In this document: positions 1 through 6,015 of the stretch, in pieces
How positions within the stretch are numbered: the stretch's first letter is position 1
Layout: each line of letters begins with the position of its first letter
Source of the DNA: Candidatus Zixiibacteriota bacterium
Lineage (GTDB): Bacteria > Zixibacteria > MSB-5A5 > WJJR01
Direction: 5' to 3'
DNA: 11,849 bases
Assembly: GCA_036170655.1 (NCBI GenBank)
Contig: JAVHPP010000101.1
Span: 1-11,849 of the forward strand
Position numbers and translations under genes: made by a program
The notes under the pieces: generated by a model
Told to the model about the DNA's origin: nothing
What the model saw: the letters and a program-made list of their open reading frames with translations, nothing else
Database searches by the model: none

Positions 1-104
1 TGAGTGCGAATATCTCGCATCATTTCTCTTGCCTTCAGACGGAGGTCCGCCAATGCTGGCTCTACAATCGTCATTCTCTCCAAGAGGTGCGGGGGGATAC
101 GCGA

Positions 105-115
105 TAAGGAGGAGG
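105..115 (+). promoter_or_regulatory. Shine-Dalgarno sequence for the beta-barrel gene
   Basis: TAAGGAGGAGG at 105-115, 6 nt upstream of an in-frame GTG at 122. Confidence 0.65.
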
Positions 116-121
116 TTTGGC

Positions 122-781
122 GTGTCTTGCGCGGGCCGACAAATGAGACGACACATCGCGCTTGCTTGTGCTGTTCTGGGGCTGGTCATCTGCAGCTCCG
201 GGGCGGCAGGCGCACAGAAATCTGGAGAAACTCCCCATCCTCCCCACCAGGGCTGGTCACTTTCCCTTGGCGCAGGAGCCCTGCGACATGCCGATGCGCC
301 CAGGACGACGGGAAATCTGCGTAATAATCCGCGTACTGACATTGCCATGCTCGGCGCTTTGGCCCGGTCGCTGGGCGCCAAGGTTCTCTTTGAAGTCGGA
401 GGATGGCTCTCTCTGGCGCACGGCGTTGGTCCCACTCCCGCCTCTGTGCAGGCCAAGGCACGGTGGCTATGGTATCCGGCTGTGCGACGGCTGCAACGCG
501 ATCAAATCTTCCTCGTGGGCGGCGTGACCTTTATCTCTGAACGTCACCGGACCGGTGGAACACGCCGTGGCGGCGGGCTGGAAGTCGCTATTGGTATGGA
601 CTATCTGCTGGACAGACGGAACTCCCTGTTTGCCGAAGTGGGATTCGGGATTGTCACGCTGAGCCGGAGCAACGATCTTCGTCAAGGATCCGGACTAGAC
701 CCACTACCGCCGGACGGGTGGGCAGAACCGAATCTGAAGGGATTGGGCCATCTGATCATAGGGGCAAGGATCGGGCTGTAA
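122..781 (+). CDS. Hypothetical exported protein, probable 8-stranded outer-membrane beta-barrel (OmpA/OmpW-like topology)
   Basis: Same frame as ORF 29..781. The start is likely GTG122 (strong SD) or ATG143. Signal peptide MRRHIALACAVLGLVICSSGAAGA|Q. Eight amphipathic strand-like segments (WSLSLGAG, IAMLGALARSL, VLFEVGGWL, SVQAKARWLWY, IFLVGGVTF, GLEVAIGMDYLL, SLFAEVGFGIV, HLIIGARIGL), the last at the extreme C-terminus. Confidence 0.65.
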   Translation: MSCAGRQMRRHIALACAVLGLVICSSGAAGAQKSGETPHPPHQGWSLSLGAGALRHADAPRTTGNLRNNPRTDIAMLGALARSLGAKVLFEVGGWLSLAHGVGPTPASVQAKARWLWYPAVRRLQRDQIFLVGGVTFISERHRTGGTRRGGGLEVAIGMDYLLDRRNSLFAEVGFGIVTLSRSNDLRQGSGLDPLPPDGWAEPNLKGLGHLIIGARIGL

Positions 782-816
782 GTCGCGTGTGAAAGAACGG
801 CGCGGTGGCCGACTCT

Positions 817-2115
817 TCACCGCCGCGCTTCGCTCAGCCAGTCTTCCACTGCCGCTCGTTCGCGCGGGATCTTTTCTGAAAGGACACGGTGGCCATTGCT
901 TGTGACGAGGACGTCATCCTCGATGCGCACGCCGATCTCCTCCTTGGGGAGGTAGATCCCCGGCTCGACCGTGATCACCATGCCAGGGGCCAGAGGCACA
1001 TCGTAGTCGGCGACATCGTGGACGTCGACGCCGAGATGGTGCGACGTCGAATGGATGAAGTCATCAATGTACCCGGCGCGGCGGATCACCGCGCGCGCCG
1101 CTTCGTCAACCTCACGGACTGTCACGCCCGGTTTGATCGCCGCGATCGCGGCATATTGGGCGGCCAAAACGATGTCGTAGATCTTCGCCTGCTCCGGAGT
1201 AAAACGACCATCGACGGGGACCGTCCGGCTGATGTCGGCACAGTACCGGTCCCACTCGGCGCCGACGTCCAGAAGCAGCAGTTGCCCGACCCGGACCGTC
1301 TGGTCACGTTTCTCATAGTGGAGAATCGTGGTTTCTTCACCGGCGCCGACAATCGGTTCAAACGCCATGTGCTGTGCCCCCTGGCGTTTGAATGACTCCT
1401 GCAGGATGCCATCGAGTTGAAATTCGGCCACACCCGGCCGGGCTTCACGTAGCAGGTCGGTGATACCCTGATGCGTTATGGCGATCGCCTTCTCGATGGC
1501 GGCGATCTCTTCTGCCGACTTGCGCATGCGCATCGATTCCAGAAACCGCGAGGAATTCTCGATCGACACACCGGGAATGCGCCCGCTCACCTTGTGGTAA
1601 TACTCAAGATCGGGAGGAACGCTCTCCGACGCCCCGGCAAGGGGGGAGATCAAGTGCAGAACCGGCGCGTGCTTCATGCGCGCGGTGACCAGGTTATCTA
1701 ACGAGCCGGTCCGTCGCACACGGTCGAACCCCAGCGCGACGCGGAGAGACTCCGTAAGGGACGCGCGTTCTCCGGTCCAGCGCTCGGCCTCGATGTCACG
1801 CGGTTTCAATAGCAGAACCTGGCGCTCCGGGCCGCCGGGAGACAAAACGAGTATCGCGCCGGGTTCATCGACCCCGGTCAGGTACCAGAAGTTGCCGTCG
1901 GCCCGATACCCGGTCGATGTCTCCTCCCCCCGTGAATAGAGAATCGCCGTCCCGTTGCCCAGCGAATCCAGCAACGCCTGCCGCCGGTGAAGGAATGTCT
2001 CGGTGCCGATCCGGGGCGTCTGGCTGTACACCGCGCCATCGGGCACGAGGATCACAAGACAAATCAGCCACAAGGCAATCCTGTCACGTCGCGTTTGCCT
2101 TCTCGCCCAACTCAT
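817..2115 (-). CDS. pepP: Xaa-Pro aminopeptidase (aminopeptidase P, peptidase M24B) with N-terminal signal peptide
   Basis: AMP_N-like N-domain (YRADGNFWYLTGVDEPGA). Complete M24B metal and catalytic motifs: ILHY, LLDVGAE...YCADISRT, HSTSHHLGVDVHD, TVEPGIY, GVRIEDD. SD AAGGAGG at 2121-2127 (minus strand), 5 nt from the ATG. Confidence 0.93.
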   Translation of the reverse strand: MSWARRQTRRDRIALWLICLVILVPDGAVYSQTPRIGTETFLHRRQALLDSLGNGTAILYSRGEETSTGYRADGNFWYLTGVDEPGAILVLSPGGPERQVLLLKPRDIEAERWTGERASLTESLRVALGFDRVRRTGSLDNLVTARMKHAPVLHLISPLAGASESVPPDLEYYHKVSGRIPGVSIENSSRFLESMRMRKSAEEIAAIEKAIAITHQGITDLLREARPGVAEFQLDGILQESFKRQGAQHMAFEPIVGAGEETTILHYEKRDQTVRVGQLLLLDVGAEWDRYCADISRTVPVDGRFTPEQAKIYDIVLAAQYAAIAAIKPGVTVREVDEAARAVIRRAGYIDDFIHSTSHHLGVDVHDVADYDVPLAPGMVITVEPGIYLPKEEIGVRIEDDVLVTSNGHRVLSEKIPRERAAVEDWLSEARR

Positions 2116-2373
2116 TCGCCCCTCCTTGGCTTCCCGGTATGACTACCCCTGTCTGAGAGGGCATCGGCCCTTGCTCCTCTTGTTGTCCCGCAATGCGGCT
2201 GTCCCGCATGGTGTGTATCATATCGTTTTGGCCGACAAAACTCCATGGCAGTTTATCCGATCCGGCAAAGGATTTGACTGCGCCAGCTTCGCGTCCTTTG
2301 TTGCATCGGGTATTCAGGACCGAACGGACAACGATTCGTCGTGAGAATGTTGTTTGGGAAACAGTGAGGCAGT

Positions 2374-3807
2374 ATGCGCAGTTACGACGTGATTGTGATC
2401 GGCAGTGGTCCGGCAGGGCATCATGCCGCGATTCAGGCCGCCAAGCTCGGCAAGAACGTCGGCATCATCGAACGTCGCCAAGTGGTCGGCGGGGCTGCAA
2501 TCAATGCCGGAACGATCCCCAGCAAGACGATGCGTGAGGCAATCCTTTATCTGTCGGGGTTTCGGCAACGAGGCCTTTACGGAATCAGCTACACGGTCAA
2601 GAAGGACATCACATTTTCCGATCTTAAGTTCCACGTTAATAAAGTGATCACCCATGAGATCGACGTCTACCGGGCTCAGTTCCAGCGCAACGGCGTCGAC
2701 CTCCTGACCGGAGCCGCCTCGTTTGTGGACCCGCACACGCTGACGATTGACAATAGGGGCGAGAACGAAACGTGCCGGGCGGATTACATCATCGTCACGA
2801 CGGGGACACATCCCGCACACGCGCCGACGATCCCCTTTGACGGCAAAGTGATCTTTGACACTGACCAGCTCTGGGATCTGGATCGTGACCGTCCACCGAA
2901 GACACTGACGGTGGTCGGGGGCGGTGTCATCGGCATGGAATACGCCTGCGCGATGGCCGTCCTCGGGATCAGCGTCACTATTGTCGAACGCCGTCCCCAG
3001 GTCCTGGAGTTCTGTGACAGCGAGATGGTCGATGCCCTGTCGTACCACATGCGCAATATGGGCGCTACATTCCGTCTCGGAGAGGAAGTGAGCTCTGTCA
3101 CATGCAACGACAAGGGGATGGCGGAGGCCCGTCTCAAGAGCAATAAGACGATCGTCTCCGAGGCACTGCTCTATGCAGTGGGGCGCGAAGGCAATACCGA
3201 CCGGTTGAATCTCGCCGCCGCCGGGCTGACCGCCGATGCCCGTGGCCGCCTGACGGTTGATGCGCTGTACCGGACAGCGGTCCCGCACATTTCGGCCGCC
3301 GGTGACGTCATCGGCTTTCCCAGTCTGGCATCAACATCGATGGAGCAGGGACGGCTCGCCACCTGTTACGCACTCGGCACTCCCGCAACATCATTGCCCG
3401 AGTTGTTCCCCTACGGAATCTACACCATCCCGGAGATGTCCTATGTCGGTCGCAACGAACAGGAGCTGACCGCAGAAGGGGTGCCCTACGAAACTGGCAT
3501 CGCGCGTTACCGTGAGATCGCGCGCGGCCAGATCCTTGGCGATGAGACAGGGTTCTTGAAACTATTATTTCACCAGCAGACCCGCCGGTTGCTCGGTGTG
3601 CACATCCTCGGCGAGGGCGCCTCGGAACTGGTGCACATCGGCCAGATGGTCCTCGTCCATGGCGGCACCATCGATGCCTTTATCAATACCGTCTTCAACT
3701 ATCCCACATTGGCGGAGTGCTACAAGGTCGCCGCCCTCGCCGGACAGAACAAGCTGGCCGCCGCCGGAGAGATCACCCCGGCCCCGGTGTCTGGTCAGGG
3801 TGCGTAG
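2374..3807 (+). CDS. sthA: Soluble (Si-specific) NAD(P)+ transhydrogenase, flavoprotein disulfide-reductase family
   Basis: FAD-binding VIGSGPAG; GTIPSKT (Thr in place of the second Cys); NAD-binding VVGGGVIGMEYA; AAGDVIGFPSLASTSMEQGR; GIYTIPE; C-terminal FNYPTLAECYKVAA. YPT instead of HPT is typical of SthA rather than lipoamide dehydrogenase. GAGG lies 4 nt upstream of the ATG. Confidence 0.92.
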   Translation: MRSYDVIVIGSGPAGHHAAIQAAKLGKNVGIIERRQVVGGAAINAGTIPSKTMREAILYLSGFRQRGLYGISYTVKKDITFSDLKFHVNKVITHEIDVYRAQFQRNGVDLLTGAASFVDPHTLTIDNRGENETCRADYIIVTTGTHPAHAPTIPFDGKVIFDTDQLWDLDRDRPPKTLTVVGGGVIGMEYACAMAVLGISVTIVERRPQVLEFCDSEMVDALSYHMRNMGATFRLGEEVSSVTCNDKGMAEARLKSNKTIVSEALLYAVGREGNTDRLNLAAAGLTADARGRLTVDALYRTAVPHISAAGDVIGFPSLASTSMEQGRLATCYALGTPATSLPELFPYGIYTIPEMSYVGRNEQELTAEGVPYETGIARYREIARGQILGDETGFLKLLFHQQTRRLLGVHILGEGASELVHIGQMVLVHGGTIDAFINTVFNYPTLAECYKVAALAGQNKLAAAGEITPAPVSGQGA

Positions 3808-3834
3808 GGGCACGGCTTGCCGTGCCCTTACGCA
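3801..3834. repeat. GTAG-type REP-like palindrome, probable RNA hairpin/terminator between convergent genes
   Basis: TGCGTAGGGGCACGGC-TT-GCCGTGCCCTTACGCA: 15 of 16 arm positions are Watson-Crick complementary, plus one G-T. It contains GTAG followed by a GC-rich stem and overlaps the sthA stop (TAG 3805-3807). Only one copy is present in the window, so repeat status is inferred. Confidence 0.7.
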
Positions 3835-3887
3835 TCTCTGATTCCTGATTCAATCCGTGATTGATGAGATCACTTCTGCAGGAGTCA

Positions 3888-4055
3888 CTAATCTTCCCGC
3901 ACGTGTTCGAATTCCGTCTTGGGCGCACCACAGGAGGGACAAACGTCAGGAAGACGCTCTCCGTTAATCTTCAAGTGCTCGCCACACTGAAGGCACCGCC
4001 AGATCAGCTCCAAATCCGAGAGGTTGGGGCGACCATCAAGTGCATCGTCTTCCAT
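3888..4055 (-). CDS. 55-aa rubredoxin-like / CPxCG zinc-ribbon microprotein (not in ORF track)
   Basis: Manual translation from ATG (CAT 4053-4055) to TAG (CTA 3888-3890): MEDDALDGRPNLSDLELIWRCLQCGEHLKINGERLPDVCPSCGAPKTEFEHVRED. The pattern WRCxxCG-x13-CPxCGAPKxxF matches the short-spaced rubredoxin-like domain. Confidence 0.88.
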   Translation of the reverse strand: MEDDALDGRPNLSDLELIWRCLQCGEHLKINGERLPDVCPSCGAPKTEFEHVRED

Positions 4056-4174
4056 AATTTAGACTACGCTATCCCGCGTGAGACTGATTGCAGGCATGGC
4101 GGCAGGCGAAGTGTGTTGAGAAACCAAAGCCCTACGCGTCCCTTCCTCCGCTTGACCGGCCAGAGGATGTCACT

Positions 4175-5971
4175 TCATCGTGGTTCTCCCAGCGGTGCCA
4201 CACGGGGCAGCGCTCCCATGAGCCGCACCACTGGATACCAGTTCATCTGCGTTTCGGCGAATCCCGACCGCTCGTAGAAAAACGCACGGCGCGCTCCCGG
4301 GCTCTTCGCGAACAGCGTGTCCGTCTTAACCCGCGCGTCGAATTCCGATTTCACCGCCGCGCTGGCAGCCAGCAGCGAATCTGCCAGCGGATCGATGACG
4401 TAATCCTCGATGTACTCCTTGCGTTCGAAGATCGTATTCCACAGCCCCCATGCAACCCACGAGTCCGGCCCCTGCGGTTCCAGGGCCTGGATCGCCACCT
4501 TGGCCCCCCGCTGATGGAGATCGACGACGACGGTACCGGCCGGGAATGTAGCCGTTGTCTCGTGCACAATGCTACGGTAACGCGGTTGAACGTGATCTTC
4601 GAATGGCGCAGTGGACCACGTCACGCTGTCGAGGTAGTACCATTCGACTTTCGCGGTCAGCGGCTGGACCAGCGTGTCCAGAACGATTCCATGCCGCCTG
4701 AGCCGGTCGATCTGTCCCGTCCACTCCTTCGGAATCAGATAGGCCCTCGGCGGAACAACCGTGATCTTCGGCTGGAACGTCCCGTAGTAGGGGACACGGT
4801 AGGTCCGCGGTCGGTCCCGGTGATAACGGACATAGTAACGGCCCGAGGCCTCGCTGTGAACAGTATCAAAGTCGTAGCCATAGAAATCCATCATCACCGC
4901 ACTGCTATCGGGAGCAAACGACAGCGGATACGGAGCCGACAGTCCCGCCACGGTCTCGGAATCGGCTTGGGTAATAGCACGTTTCAACGATGTCGCGTAA
5001 CGGTTGAGATTGTCAAGCGTCGCCGTCAGCATCGTGTAGTTGCCCCGTACACGGGTCTTGAAGTCCTTCAACATGTGCATCTCGACCAGAAGCCCGGGAC
5101 GATTCCAGAGAATCGTATAGCCAGTGGAGAAACGCGGGATGTCAACGAAGGTCGTGATGCCTGATTTCATGTCGTCGCCCCGCAGGAAAACATAGGGACA
5201 GATTTTGTACCCGGCTTTCTCCACCTGACGGTTGACATCGGGATCGTAGACGCTGCGTGTCCATTCGCGGATCGATGCCGGCGCATTGGGATGCCACGGC
5301 ATGGTGTAGGTGACCGTGTACTGCCAGTCGGCTCCGTCGGTAATGTGGTCGTCTACGAAGAAGTCCGGCATCCACCGCTGCCAGAGTGCCAGCCACGCGC
5401 ACATTTCGGGCGTGTCCGCCTTCATGTAGTCACGATTCAGATTGAACAACTGCGCGGTGGCGCGGAATCCGGCATTCTCGGGACCATCTTGATTCGCACG
5501 CGTATAACGCGCCGTGTTCTCGTGGCCATCGACATTGAAAATGGGAATGATGAGAAGAATCACGCTGTCGAGCAGTGACGCCCGCTCTTTCGTGATCGCG
5601 ATGTCACGCACCAGCGCCATCGAAGCATCCTTGCCGTCGATCTCGCCGGCATGAATTCCGTTCTGGATCAGCACAATCACTTTGCCGCTCTGTTTGGCGG
5701 CCTCCGGCGTAAATGCCTTCTCTTGAGAGACAACCACCAGATGCATAGCCCGTCCCTGGGGACTGGTACCGAACTGGGTCACCTTGATCCAGTCAGAGGC
5801 ACGCTCCGCCTGCCGGAACCACGCGACGGTCTCGTCGTAGGTGGCTGTCCTACGGTAGCCGCTCATCTCCGCGGGAGTCGTGAAATCGGCGGCGCCAGCG
5901 GGACAGGTCAGCGCGATGGCGGCAATCCAAACCAAGCCAGCGAATTTGAGGAAAGGGATGTGCAACGCCAT
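4175..5971 (-). CDS. Exported zinc carboxypeptidase, peptidase family M14
   Basis: HAGE zinc motif (GIHAGEIDG), PIFNVDG, NLNRD, DDHITDG (third ligand), LLVEMH (catalytic Glu). Signal peptide MALHIPFLKFAGLVWIAAIALTCPAGA|A. The start was moved from 5992 to ATG5971 because GGAGGTGA lies just upstream. Confidence 0.9.
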   Translation of the reverse strand: MALHIPFLKFAGLVWIAAIALTCPAGAADFTTPAEMSGYRRTATYDETVAWFRQAERASDWIKVTQFGTSPQGRAMHLVVVSQEKAFTPEAAKQSGKVIVLIQNGIHAGEIDGKDASMALVRDIAITKERASLLDSVILLIIPIFNVDGHENTARYTRANQDGPENAGFRATAQLFNLNRDYMKADTPEMCAWLALWQRWMPDFFVDDHITDGADWQYTVTYTMPWHPNAPASIREWTRSVYDPDVNRQVEKAGYKICPYVFLRGDDMKSGITTFVDIPRFSTGYTILWNRPGLLVEMHMLKDFKTRVRGNYTMLTATLDNLNRYATSLKRAITQADSETVAGLSAPYPLSFAPDSSAVMMDFYGYDFDTVHSEASGRYYVRYHRDRPRTYRVPYYGTFQPKITVVPPRAYLIPKEWTGQIDRLRRHGIVLDTLVQPLTAKVEWYYLDSVTWSTAPFEDHVQPRYRSIVHETTATFPAGTVVVDLHQRGAKVAIQALEPQGPDSWVAWGLWNTIFERKEYIEDYVIDPLADSLLAASAAVKSEFDARVKTDTLFAKSPGARRAFFYERSGFAETQMNWYPVVRLMGALPRVAPLGEPR

Positions 5972-6015
5972 ACGGTCACCTCCGGGTGACAATGGGAATG
6001 ATCTGCTTCAGGCCA

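Noticed and set aside
29..121. N-terminal extension of the first ORF from TTG29
   Set aside because: The strong SD and the signal-peptide position favour a start at 122 or 143.
788..826. Imperfect hairpins between the convergent barrel and pepP genes
   Set aside because: Short interrupted stems without a U-tract; not supportable as a terminator.
2158..2241. Several 5-6 bp inverted repeats and a TGTCCCGCA direct repeat in the pepP-sthA spacer
   Set aside because: Individually within chance expectation, and no riboswitch consensus that I can recognise.
2314..3288. 324-aa antisense ORF
   Set aside because: Shadow of sthA on the opposite strand with no recognisable motifs; such ORFs are expected in GC-rich coding DNA.
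3850..3873. TCAATC-CGT-GATTGA inverted repeat and FNR-like TTGAT-N3-ATCAC
   Set aside because: Wrong spacing for an FNR box (N4), and located between convergent 3' ends where an operator is unlikely.
4129..4140. GCCCTACGCGTC resembling the right arm of the REP-like palindrome, on the other side of the microprotein gene
   Set aside because: Only a short degenerate half with no complementary arm; insufficient to claim a REP-flanked cassette.
3861..4277. 138-aa plus-strand ORF filling the gap after sthA
   Set aside because: Overlaps the much better supported minus-strand Cys4 microprotein and the M14 3' end; no motifs.
4088..5164. 358-aa plus-strand ORF
   Set aside because: Antisense to the M14 peptidase; Arg-rich shadow composition and no motifs.
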